Origin: Macrostomum lignano
Lineage: Eukaryota
Reading direction: 5' to 3'
Assembly: GCA_002269645.1 (NCBI GenBank)
Contig: NIVC01000089.1
Coordinates: 930,001-994,000, forward strand
DNA: 64,000 nt
Below the pieces are notes generated by a model that saw only the letters and a program-made list of their open reading frames with translations, was not told the origin of the DNA and did not search any database. Below, piece after piece: positions 48,178 to 60,385 of this stretch. Every line of letters begins with the position of its first letter. Within the stretch, counting starts at the first letter, position 1. The translations under genes were made by a program, and so were the position numbers.

Positions 48178-51100
48178 ATGATTAACATGGAGAGTGCAGA
48201 AGAGAACCTTGAGCCTGCAACAGTAACACTAATTGGTAAATGCCATTTTTTCACAATACCATTTTTACTAAGTTAATAAAAAGTATAAATCTAATCCTTT
48301 CTCTTTTAACCATTAAAAGCTTATAGAGGCATTGGATTGCAGCCACCAAAAAGCAAGAAAAAATGTGAGGCTTTGTAACTTTCTATCCAATATTATCTTT
48401 CTGGTTCTAAGAGTCAACTGTTTTATCCACTAAATTTAACATTGACAGCGGAAAGCAAAAAAAGCCAAATGAAAGGTGCTATTCTGCCATGGACAGGACA
48501 AGAAAATGTCTACAATGGAAATTATCAGCCAAGATGGCAATCCTGTATGGGATACTACGGCTACTATGTAAGTAGCATTTGATGCATATATATGGATTCT
48601 TAAGTGTCTAATATATTCTCAATCAAACTCAAGGTATTTGATAACTCTATAGCAAAGTAAAGAGTTTAGAGGAGCATGAGTGCAATTGGGGTGGGGTAAT
48701 ATTGGGCATTCAACTCTCACACTCCAGTCCCAAGTTTGATAGCACGTGTTGCCATGCAAATCTTGGGATTTGTGCATGTCGTGCATGTGGTGCATGAAAA
48801 TGCACCCCAGGCTTGTCATGCATAGATGCAATTGACACTTTTCTAGATGGCTGAGCTTTTAGGCACAGAGTTATGCACCCTGTGAGAGCGCCCTATGTGA
48901 GCTCCCTTTGTAAGCACCCCTGGGTTTTTTTGTGTCAGGCATGCCATGACATGTCGAAATTGAAAATGACATAATTTTTTTGAAGCTGTTATGCCAAAAT
49001 GGCATAACGGTTTTTTGCCATCATGCCATTGCCAAATTGCCATTGCTGAATCCCCAATTCCAAATTTTAATAATTACTAAGTAGTACAATTTGTTGTGTA
49101 GTCACTGTAGTCAAATCCTCGAGCTCAAGCCCTCATGTAATGTTGTACATCGTATATACCTGCTGGTTGCCAAACTGACAAGCTATTATCACTCCCATCT
49201 GAATCTGAAAGTAAACACTAATATGAGCTCAAAAAGTGCTATTTTACATTTTATGCCAATGGCATGTCGAAATTGAAAATGGCATAACGATTTTGACTGA
49301 AAAAACCCAGGAGCACCCTGAGTGAGCACCCGCACCCTGTTTGATCACCCTGAGTGAGCACCCGCACCCTGTTTGATCACCCTGTGTGAGCACCCGCACC
49401 CTGTTTGATCACCCTGTGTGAGCACCCGCACCCTGTTTGATCACCCTGTGTGAGCACCCGCACCCTGTTTGATCACCCTGTGAGCACCCGCACCCTGTTT
49501 GATCACCCTGTGTGAGCACCCTGTTTGAGCACTCTGTGTGAGCACCCTGTGTGTGCACCCTGTGTGTGCACCCTGTGTAATCACCCTGTGTAATCACCCT
49601 GTGTAAGCACCCTAGCGCCTGTGTAATCACCCTGTGTAATCACCCTGTGGGAGCACCCTGTGTAATCACCCTGTGTAATCACCCTGTGTGAGCACCCTGT
49701 GTAATCACCCTGTGTAATCACCCTGTGTAATCACCCTGTGTAATCACCCTGTGTAATCACCCTGTGTAATCACCCTGTGTGAGCACCCTGTGTAATCACC
49801 CTGTGTAATCACCCTGTGTAATCACCCTGTGTAAGCACCCTAGCGCCTGTGTAATCACCCTGTGTAATCACCCTGTGTAATCACCCTGTGTAATCACCCT
49901 GTGTAATCACCCTGTGTGAGCACCCTGTGGGAGCACCCTGTGTGTGCACCCTGTGTAATCACCCTGTGTAATCACCCTGTGTAAGCACCCTAGCGCCTGT
50001 GTAATCACCCTGTGTGAGCACCCTGTGTAATCACCCTGTGTAATCACCCTGTGTGAGCACCCTGTGTAATCACCCTGTGTGAGCACCCTGTGTAATCACC
50101 CTGTGTGAGCACCCTGTGTAATCACCCTGTGTGAGCACCCTGTGTAATCACCCTGTGTAATCACCCTGTGTGAGCACCCTGTGTAATCACCCTGTGTAAT
50201 CACCCTGTGTGAGCACCCTGTGTAATCACCCTGTGTGAGCACCCTGTGTAATCACCCTGTGTAATCACCCTGTGTAATCACCCTGTGTAATCACCCTGTG
50301 TGAGCACCCTGTGTGAGCACCCTGTGTAATCACCCTGTGTAATCACCCTATGTGAGCACCCTGTGTAATCACCCTGTGTAATCACCCTGTGTAATCACCC
50401 TGTGTGAGCACCCTGTGGGAGCACCCTGTGTAATCACCCTGTGTAATCACCCTGTGTAATCACCCTGTGTAATCACCCTGTGTAATCACCCTGTGTGAGC
50501 ACCCTGTGTAATCACCCTGTGTGAGCACCCTGTGTAATCACCCTGTGTAATCACCCTGTGTGAGCACCCTGTGTAATCACCCTGTGTGAGCACCCTGTGT
50601 AATCACCCTGTGTGAGCACCCTGTGTAATCACCCTGTGTAATCACCCTGTGTAATCACCCTGTGTAATCACCCTGTGTAATCACCCTGTGTGAGCACCCT
50701 GTGTAATCACCCTGTGTAATCACCCTATGTGAGCACCCTGTGTAATCACCCTGTGTAATCACCCTGTGTAATCACCCTGTGTGAGCACCCTGTGGGAGCA
50801 CCCTGTGTAATCACCCTGTGTAAGCACCCTAGCGCCTGTGTAATCACCCTGTGTGAGCACCCTGTGTAATCACCCTGTGTAATCACCCTGTGTGAGCACC
50901 CTGTGTAATCACCCTGTGTGAGCACCCTGTGTAATCACCCTGTGTAATCACCCTGTGTAATCACCCTGTGTAATCACCCTGTGTAATCACCCTGTGTAAT
51001 CACCCTGTGTGAGCACCCTGTGTAATCACCCTGTGTAATCACCCTGTGTGAGCACCCTGTGTAATCACCCTGTGTAATCACCCTGTGTGAGCACCCTGTG

Positions 51101-54100
51101 TAATCACCCTGTGTGAGCACCCTGTGTAATCACCCTGTGTAATCACCCTGTGTAATCACCCTGTGTAATCACCCTGTGTAATCACCCTGTGTAATCACCC
51201 TGTGTAATCACCCTGTGTGAGCACCCTGTGTAATCACCCTGTGTAATCACCCTGTGTAATCACCCTGTGTGAGCACCCTGTGTAATCACCCTGTGTAAGC
51301 ACCCTAGCGCCTGTGTAATCACCCTGTGTGAGCGCCCTGCTGAAATCTCTATTCAACAAATCATCATCCACCACCCGCCCCAGTCCCGTTGGCAACTCCT
51401 ACGAGCCGCTGGTGCTCCTGCTGCACTACCGGGATGCCCCAGTCGGACAGGTGATCATCCCATGGACTCAGGTGCCGGACAAAGCCACGGCTGTCGGCCA
51501 GCCGGAGCGACTCGGCGAGCTGGAGGCCGTCCGGAAGAATCCGGAGCCGTCGGGCGGCCTCTGTTACAACTGCTGGATTGAGACCTACCGAGCTGTCAGT
51601 CAGCAGCGCCGGAAACCGCCCGGCTTGCTCAAACGGTTAGCAATGCTTAACAATAATTTTGCAATCCATTTTGAGCAATGAAAGTAGCGCTAGGCTCTGT
51701 TCTCTGGAGTGTGAAAGTAGCACAGTTATGGAATTTAGGGAATATGGAATTTGGGGAATATGGATTTTGGGGAAAATGGAATTTGGGGAAAATGGATTTT
51801 AGGGAAAATGGGATTTGGGGAAGATGGAATTTTGGGAAAATGGAATTTGGGAGACATGGATTTTGGGGAACATGGATTTTGGGGAACATGTGATTTGGGG
51901 GACATGGAATTTGGGGAACATGGGATTTGGGAGACATGGAATTTGGGGAACATGGGATTTGGGGGACATGGAATTTGGGGAACATGGAATTTGGGGAACA
52001 TGGATTTTGGGGAACATGTGATTTGGGGGACATGGAATTTGGGGGACATGGAATTTGGGGAACATGGATTTTGGGGAACATGGATTTTGGGGAACATGGA
52101 ATTTGGGGAACATAGAATTTGGGGAACATGGATTTTGGGGAACATGGAATTTGGTGAATATAAAATTTGGGGAATACGGATTTTGGGGAATATGGAATTT
52201 GGATATATGGAATTTGGGGAATATGGTAAAGTGGGATAAAATTGGGGAATAGGAATCTTGGGAAATGTAAACCGAGACTCCTTCTGGTATTCACTCCTCA
52301 TGATTAATAATTTGACGCATTCTCACACGCCCAGGCTCAGTCTGTCGCGCAGCAAGCTGTCAGCTAGCAGTGCCAGCATCGCCGAGGACAGCCGGCGTCA
52401 GGACGGCACCCTGGAGCAGCAGCCGGAGCAACAGCAGGCCGCTTCGAGCCGCAAGGCCACGGTGCCAACTGTCAAGAAGTTGAAGCGCCGGTTGTTCAAC
52501 CGCGGCAGCAAATCCAGCGGCAAAGATGCCGTTGACTCGAACGGCCCCGTCTCCAAGGCCGTCTCCATGGGCAACCTGACGGGCTCGTCGGCGTTAAGCG
52601 CCGCGCCGCTGCAGGCGCAGCACCAACAGCAGCCGTCATCGTCAGCCGCATATTCGCCGTCACCCTCGCCGTCGGCCTCGCCGGCCTCGCTGCAGCGCCA
52701 CCCGATGGCGCGGCCGCACTCGCTGCACAACCTGGCCCTGGACCAGCCGATGGAGCGGCCAGCCGAACGGCTGCAGAAATCCCAGCAGCATCAGCAGCAG
52801 CAGCTCGACCTCCTGGCAGCTTCACCGAATTCCCAGCTGAGCCGGAGCCGCAGCGCCGCCTGCCTGTTCACCGGGCCGACCTATCCGTCAGTTGACACGG
52901 ACCGGCCGCTGCCGGAGGTGCTCCAGCTCGAGCCCGGCCAGGCGCCCGCACTCGGCGGCCAGCGCGTCACCGTCCGCGGTGTCGCCCTCGCCTTGTCGGC
53001 CTCGGATTTGATCGGCGCCTCGCTGGCCGGCGTGCCCTGCCGGGCGGTGGCCTTCGTCAGCCCGCAGGAGGTTCTGCTGACCGCGGGCACGGCGCCTTCG
53101 GCTGGTGCCGCAGGACCGGTCGAGCTGGTCACCGTCAGCGCCGGTTGCGTCCGGTCTAAGCAAACTTTCACGTACCTGGCCGCCAGCGCTAAGGGTGAGG
53201 TTTGGGATTATCCGATCAGCCTTTCTCTAATCCATCAGTCACTTCCCCTAATCCATCAATCACCTTCCCCTAATCCATCATTCACTTCAACTAATCCATC
53301 ATTCACTTCAACTAATCCATCAATCACCTTCCCCTAATCCATAATTCACCTTCCCCTAATCCATCAGTCACCTTCCCCTAATCCATCAGTCACCTTCCCC
53401 TAATCCATCAGTCACCTTGCCCTACTCCATCAGTCACTTCCCCTAATCCATCAGTCACTTTTCTCGTCCCGCAGCCTCGCTGCCTCCCCCTGCCAGCGGC
53501 ATCGCTCGCAGCCCGTCGCTCAACCAGCTGCCGTTCGGCGGGGCTTCGGCTGGCGCCTCAGGCGGCTCCTCCGTCATGCCGGAGGTTCACCACGTCCGGT
53601 CCAGCAGCCTGGAGGCTGCCGCGGCTGGCCAGCCAACATCATCGGCGCAGCTAATGCCCGCGCCTGCGCCCGCCCTGGCAGCTGCTTCCGCGTCGAAATC
53701 ACCGTCTTCGAATATTAAAAAGAGCCGCAGCGTGTGGGACCTGCGGCTGGGCCGGTGAGCTGGGATCTCAGCGGATCTTGGGGCATTTGGTGCTGGATGG
53801 TCACAGATTAGAATTGAACCTCTCCCAGATCCTCAGTTGCTGGGCCAGCCTCCCAGATCCTCAGTTGCTGGGCCAGCCTCCCAGATCCCCAGTTGCTGGG
53901 CAGCCTCCCAGATCCTCAGTTGCTGGGCCAGCCTCCCAGATCCTCAGTTGCTGGGCCAGCCTCCCAGGTCCTCAATTGTTGGGCCAGCCTCCCAGATCCC
54001 CAGTTGCTGGGCAGCCTCCCAGATCCTCAGTTGCTGGGCAGCCTCCCAGATCCTCAGCTGCTGTGCCAGCCTCCCAGATCCTCAATTGCTGTACCAGCCT

Positions 54101-55048
54101 CCCAGATCCTCAATTGCTGTGCCAGCCTCCCAGATCCTCAATTGCTGGGCCAGCCTCCCAGATCCTCAATTGCTGGGCCAGCCTTCCAGATCCACAGTTG
54201 CTGGGCCAGCCTCCCAGATCCTCAATTGCTGGGCCAGCCTCCCAGATCCCCAGTTGCTGGGCCAGCCTCCCAGACCCTCAGTTGGGTCTGGTCTTATTTA
54301 CGAGTATGAAGCAAGGAACTACACAGACTGATACCTTAAAAGAGTGCTTTTTAATGCATTTTATTTTTTAGAAATTTTTACTGCCCTTAACCAAGCTGCA
54401 CAGTACATTTTATGCATATTATTGATTAGCGGTTATTTGGCCCCCTAGGCTACTTACCCTGTTGTTGTGCAGAATTTCAATTTTATTACCCCTATAAAGT
54501 TTCAAAATTTCACTGGTAACGTTAATAACTACTTTCTGTGTACGTAACTCAAATTTGGCTACTTATTTAAAAACAAACATTAATAAAATGTTCATATTTC
54601 TACTTATTTTATCCCAGCTAGTAAGTAGTCTGTACGCAATTTTATTGGATATAATTGTTCTAGACGCGGCTCGGACGCCTCCGACACTCCAACTGGCCAG
54701 TCGGGCGCCTCTTCCTCTGGCGTGAAGCTGCGCAAGCGGGACTCGGGCAAGGGCACGCTTTCTAAGAAACAGCTGCTGCAGGAGACCGAGCTGCTCAGAG
54801 CTCATTTAGAAGCGGCCCACAATGAGCGTCAGCAACTCACGGAAGCTCTAGTGGAAGCTGAGAAGCTGGCGCTGGAAGCTGAACAGCGCGCATTGGAAGC
54901 TGAGGCGCGCGCCCGTCTGGAAGCTGAAGCGCACGAGGACAAATTGTTGGAGCTGACCAACTTCATCGACAGCATGCAGGCTCGCATTATCGAGAGCGGA
55001 CACGTTGAACTGCTTGAAAAATCGCCGCCAAGGCCACCGAAGTGCTGA
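48178..55048 (+). CDS. Rab11-FIP class I-like protein: C2 domain, Ser-rich region, IPT/TIG domain, coiled coil, FIP-RBD-like C-terminus
   Basis: Exons ~48178-48235, ~48320-48365 (uncertain), ~48476-48567, 51384-51635, 52335-53194, 53475-53754, 54664-55048; C2 VLFCHGQDKKMST...GNPVWD...PLVLLLHYRD..VGQVIIP; IPT PEVLQLEP...GQRVTVRG...GPVELVTVSAG...FTY; ELTNFIDSMQARIIE resembles FIP ELEDYIDNLLVRVME. Confidence 0.75.
49310..51335. repeat. 2-kb 13-bp satellite with two variants (GTGTAATCACCCT / GTGTGAGCACCCT)
   Basis: Tandem array inside the intron that splits the C2 domain. Confidence 0.97.
51735..52250. repeat. 16-bp intronic minisatellite (CATGGAATTTGGGGAA)
   Basis: Tandem array. Confidence 0.95.
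53230..53460. repeat. ~22-bp intronic repeat (TCACCTTCCCCTAATCCATCAG)
   Basis: Tandem array ending just before the acceptor at 53474. Confidence 0.9.
53815..54285. repeat. 28-bp intronic minisatellite (CCTCCCAGATCCTCAGTTGCTGGGCCAG)
   Basis: Tandem array. Confidence 0.95.
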
Positions 55049-55094
55049 GGCCTTTGCTTGATGCTGCTGGCTGAGATGCTCTAGCAATCCTGCT

Positions 55095-56060
55095 GGGATG
55101 CTGGGAAGGATGAAGATTGTAGGGATGCTGGGAAGGATGATGATTGTAGGGATGCTGTGAAGGATGCAAGATTGTAGGGATGCTGGGAAGGATGCAAGAT
55201 TGTAGGGATGCTGGGAAGGATGCAAGATTGTAGGGATGCTGGGAAGGATGCAAGATTGTAGGGATGCTGGGAAGGATGCAAGATTGTAGGGATGCTGGGA
55301 AGGATGCAAGATTGTAGGGATGCTGGGAAGGATGAAGATTGTAGGGATGCTGGGAAGGATGATGATTGTAGGGATGCTGTGAAGGATGCAAGATTGTAGG
55401 GATGCTGGGAAGGATGCAAGATTGTAGGGATGCTGGGAAGGATGCAAGATTGTAGGGATGCTGGGAAGGATGAAGATTGTAGGGATGCTGGGAAGGATGA
55501 TGATTGTAGGGATGCTGTGAAGGATGCAAGATTGTAGGGATGCTGGGAAGGATGCAAGATTGTAGGGATGCTGGGAAGGATGCAAGATTGTAGGGATGCT
55601 GGGAAGGATGCAAGATTGTAGGGATGCTGGGAAGGATGAAGATTGTAGGGATGTTGGGAAGGATGCAGATTGTAGGGATGCTGGGAAGGATGATGATTGT
55701 AAGGATGCTGGAACGGATCCAAATTGTAGGGATGCTGGGAAAAATGCAGACTGTAGGGATGCTGGGAAGGATGAAGATTGTAGGGATGCTGGGAAGGATG
55801 ATGATTGTAGGGATGCTGGGAAGGATGAATATTGTAGGGATGCTGGGAAGGATGCAAGATTGTAGGGATGCTGGGAAGGATGCAAGATTGTAGGGATGCT
55901 GGGAAGGATGCAGATTTTAGGGATGCTGGGAAGGATGCAGATTGTAGGGATGCTGGGAAGGATGCAGATTTTAGGGATGCTGGGAAAGATGCAGACTGTA
56001 GGGATGCTGGGAAAGATGCAGACTGTAGGGATGCTGGTAAAGATGAGGACTGTAGGGATT
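55095..56060. repeat. 27-28-bp minisatellite (GATGCTGGGAAGGATGCAAGATTGTAGG) just 3' of the stop codon
   Basis: Tandem array. Confidence 0.95.
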
Positions 56061-57114
56061 TTCGAAAGAATGCAGATTGTAGATTGATGCAGATTGATGC
56101 AGAATGCAGATTGATGCTGGTAAGGATGAGAACTGCTATACAATACTACTTCATCGGTTTAATTACCAAAATTTTCTAAGCTGTGTATATCGCATTATCT
56201 CCCGTATAATCTCAACTATTAAATAGTTTAACCTGTGCTCCATCAGTCAGAGATAACTAGAGTAGATGCTAGTCTTTTCCTCATTATTCCGCTTGTCTAT
56301 CTGGTTTCATTATATTGATGGTTATAAGCATTGCTTTTATTTTCAACTTGTTCGCAAGCTGCCAGTCCAAATTCATAAACCAATTTGGAACTTCAGGCTG
56401 TGTAAGTTATTTCGATTTTGTAACTGTTTCTAAATGCGTTTTTTCTCAGCCTTTTGTTGGTTTCCTGACATTCCATGTTATTTTTGCTTTTTTAAAATCG
56501 GCTTTTCCTTTCACTGCTACTGCTAGTAGGCAGTCTGGCATCAGCTTCGCAGCTTGTGACGACACGCCAACAAGTTCCGAGTGTTTCTCGCTTCTGCAAT
56601 AATATTTTATCTGACATTAAACGGTTGCACCTTGTGAATATGCTGGCCAACTGTAAACATATATTTTTGACGCTTTAAACCTCAGCTATTTTTTTACTTT
56701 GCCTAATAATTAAATTCTGCTAATTATCATATAACTGGCTAAGCAAAATAAATGACTTGCTTTTAAAATACTTCATTGCAATGTGCCTGAAATTCTGTGT
56801 GTAGGAATTCTGTTTCACTTTACCCTGCTTGACCAGCTGATTGTTTCGACAGGTCTTTGTTTTAATTTTCTGTTTTATTTTTTCTAAGATGCGACCTCGA
56901 AAATCACAAGGGACACATGGTTAGCTATTTCTTTCATATAAAATTGCACATTTTTTAATCAGAATTGATGCTTCAATATGTGCCCAACGTCATCTCGTGT
57001 CCTTATATGAACCATTATTTACATATTTTCAACACTTTCGTTGAGTCTACAGTACGTGGACTACAAAAAGCTTCTAGACTTTTGCAATCTTGAATTTGAT
57101 TGGACAATTGTTCT

Positions 57115-57445
57115 GAAGTTCATAGCGACAGGGTCCTGAAGTTCATAGAGACAGGGTCCTGATGTTCATAGAGACAGGGTCCAGATGTTCATAGAGACAG
57201 TGTCCTGAAGTTCATAGAGACAGGGTCCTGATGTTCATAGACACAGGGTCCTGAAGTTCATAGAGACAGGGCCCTGAAGTTCATAGAGACAGGGCCCTGA
57301 AGTTCATAGAGACAGGGTTCTGAAGTTCATAGCGACAGGGTCCTGGAGTTCATAGAGACAGGGTCCTGGAGTTCATAGACACAGGGTCCTGAAGTTCATA
57401 GAGACAGTGTCCTGAAGTTCATAGAGACAGTATCCTGAAGTTCAG
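57115..57445. repeat. 23-bp minisatellite (GTTCATAGAGACAGGGTCCTGAA)
   Basis: Tandem array. Confidence 0.95.
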
Positions 57446-57873
57446 TTAACGCCACGCGGCTTCGAACGCGGAAGAATCATCCAAAACTATGATTTGCTCA
57501 TCCTTGTTGCAGGGATAAAAGAATTGTTATGCAAGCTTTATTTTATAATGCGTATTTTATTAATCATCATACAGAATGCCGAGATGTAAACAAAAAGTTC
57601 AGCTATATTTTCTTAAATATTTTTAACAATCCTACCCCTTGGTAACTGAGTTGTCCCATTCGAAAATATTAAATATAAATCCCTAATTTGTATTTTTGTC
57701 TCCGTTTGAGCAAAGGCCAACCTCATTTTTCCCAATCGAACTCGAGTCGTTGAGAAAATTATGAAACATTATTTATGATTTGAGGCGTGTTGTGAGTAGC
57801 TCTTATGTGACATCGCTTGCACTGATCTATCTGTGTTTTAGTACAGTATATTTGCTAATATAAGTTCACTCAG

Positions 57874-57876
<3 letters not shown>

Positions 57877-57922
<46 letters not shown>
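57877..57922. repeat. (GT)n microsatellite
   Basis: Directly visible. Confidence 0.97.
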
Positions 57923-57925
<3 letters not shown>

Positions 57926-58244
57926 CGCGGCAAATGCATGTGGAACTGCTCACTAATGTGAGCTATTGAGCTCAGCTCGGCTTCCGCTGCACCCCGCCTC
58001 TGTGCGCCAACTATTCGGGTGCATTCCGAACTGTATGCCCAGCTACTCTTGAGAGAGATGAGCTGATGGTAATGCAAATAGATGAGATCGATAGAGATAG
58101 TACAGACTGTGGGGATTTGTAGAAACTGAGAGACACATTTGCGAGTAGTTTGGCTAGAAAACAGAATTAGCGAAGAGAGAGGTGGGAGAATGAGAGAAGT
58201 GAGGGGGAGAGAGAAGTTCATAGAGTGAGAGAGTAGGCAAGAAT

Positions 58245-58545
58245 GAGAGGACGGGTGAATGAGAGAAGAGAGTGAAAGAGAGAAGAGGGGGGAGAATGAG
58301 AGAAGAAAGGGGGAGAATGAGAGAAGAGAGGGGAGAATGAGAGAAGAGAGGAGAGAATGAGAGAAGAGAGGGGAGAATGAGAGAAGAGAGGGGGAGAATG
58401 AGAGAAGAGACGGGAGAATGAGAGAAGAGAGGGGAGAATGAGAGAAGAGAGGGGAGAATGAGAGAAGAGAGGTGAGAATGAGAGAAGAAAGGGGGAGAAT
58501 GAGAGAAGAAAGGGGGAGAATGAGAGAAGAGAGGGGATAATTAGA
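58245..58545. repeat. Purine-rich repeat (GAGAATGAGAGAAGAGAGGG)n
   Basis: Tandem array. Confidence 0.9.
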
Positions 58546-59583
58546 GAATAGAGGGGAAAACGAGAGATGAGGGAGAGAGAAGGCAGTAAATAACAGAAAG
58601 CCGAGATGGGAGGCTCCAGTAAGAACGCAAAGGCAGACGCAGATGGTGCTGGTAAACAAGAAGAAGACGGACAAGAAAGCAGTCGAAAATTGAGTCGGAA
58701 GCCAGTTGTGAGCCCAAGTCTGTTTTCTGTTTTTATCGACTCGCTAATTGGTGTTTTGTGATGGCGAGTTTCTTAGCAAAGTGCTAATAGATAAATTGCT
58801 CAATTGCTTGGTGATTGTGTGGGCGGACATTTCTCTGCACGAGCACCTGATATAAACTGTATAGCAAGTAAAGAGAAGAGATATACTGCTCAAGCATATG
58901 GACACATATCTCCCTTGTCGTCTTGCTGGACTCTGGGCGTGTTGGTAAGCGCATGCTGGGAGAGAAGGCAAACTCTGCTTTGAGAGCGCGTGCGTGTTGC
59001 CTGTGAGTCAGCTGAGACCCTATGCTGGTAGTGTACATTCAAAGCGTACATTCCCACCAGCCGCAATGGCATTCATTTGCTCCGCTTTGCGCAAGGCACA
59101 TAAACAGCTGACCAATTCTTTCCTTTTTTGAATTTCGCGGCAGGCAAAAGAAACGAAAAGCAATTCAAGCAACGGTCACCGTATGGAGCCGCGGCAGGCT
59201 TGGCATACTGCATGTGGGGGCTGTTTGGCTTTAGTGCAGGCCTCGAGTGCGCGTGCTCTGAGCCTCCCTGCCCTCTCCTCTACAGGCTAGGGTGGGAAGT
59301 GGGGAGCTCTGCATGCAGTTGCCGATGCGATGACTCATCGTGCGCTAGCGAGTATGCGGCGCTATGAAGAGAAGGGGGTTTCGCGCTGCTCATGACTGGA
59401 GCACTCATATAATTGTTATTATAACTCGCAAATACCATTAGTGAATTTATGGATATGAATTAAAGGGCAGATTGTTCCCAGAAAGGATGAAACTCTCACT
59501 GTGGGCGGCTTTCGGCCCATTTTTAGCGCTAATAGGTTTATTCGGTGTTGTACTATTGCGTGAAATCGACTTAGTGCAGCTAA

Positions 59584-60385
59584 ACAATGACCATTTTAGT
59601 GCCCGAACAATGACCGTTTTAGTGCCCGAACAATGACCATTTTAGTGCCCGAACAATGAGCCTTTTAGTGCCTGAACAATGACCATTTTAGTGCCTGAAC
59701 AATGACCATTTTAGTGCCTGAACAATGAGCATTTTAGTGCCCGAACAATGACCGTTTTAGTGCCCGAACAATGACCGTTTTAGTGCCCGAACAATGACCG
59801 TTTTAGTGCCCGAACTATGACCATTTTAGTGCCCGAACAATGACCATTTTAGTGCCCGAACAATGACCATTTTAGTGCCCGAACAATGACCATTTTAGTG
59901 CCTGAACAATGAGCATTTTAGTGCCTGAATAATGACCATTTTAGTGCCTGAACAATGACCATTTTAGTGCCCGAACAATGACCGTTTTAGTGCCCGAACA
60001 ATGACCATTTTAGTGCCCGAACAATGACCATTTTGGTGCCCGAACAATGACCGTTTTAGTGCCCGAACAATGACCATTTTAGTGCCCGAACAATGACCGT
60101 TTTAGTGCCCGAACTATGACCATTTTAGTGCCCGAACAATGACCATTTTAGTGCCCGAACAATGACCGTTTTAGTGCCCGAACAATGACCATTTTAGTGC
60201 CCGAACAATGACCATTTTGGTGCCCGAACAATGACCGTTTTAGTGCCCGAACAATGACCAATTTAACTAAAATAATTACCAATTTAGCAGCAAAAACAAT
60301 GACCAATTTAGCACCAAAAACAATGACCAATTTAGCACCAAAAACAATGACCAATTTAGCACCAAAAACAATGACCAATTTAGCA
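59584..60385. repeat. 23-bp minisatellite (GAACAATGACCATTTTAGTGCCC) grading into a 24-bp variant
   Basis: Tandem array. Confidence 0.95.

Noticed and set aside
56250-57060. Minus-strand protein-like fragments
   Set aside because: Interrupted by stops with no recognisable motif or termini; left unannotated.
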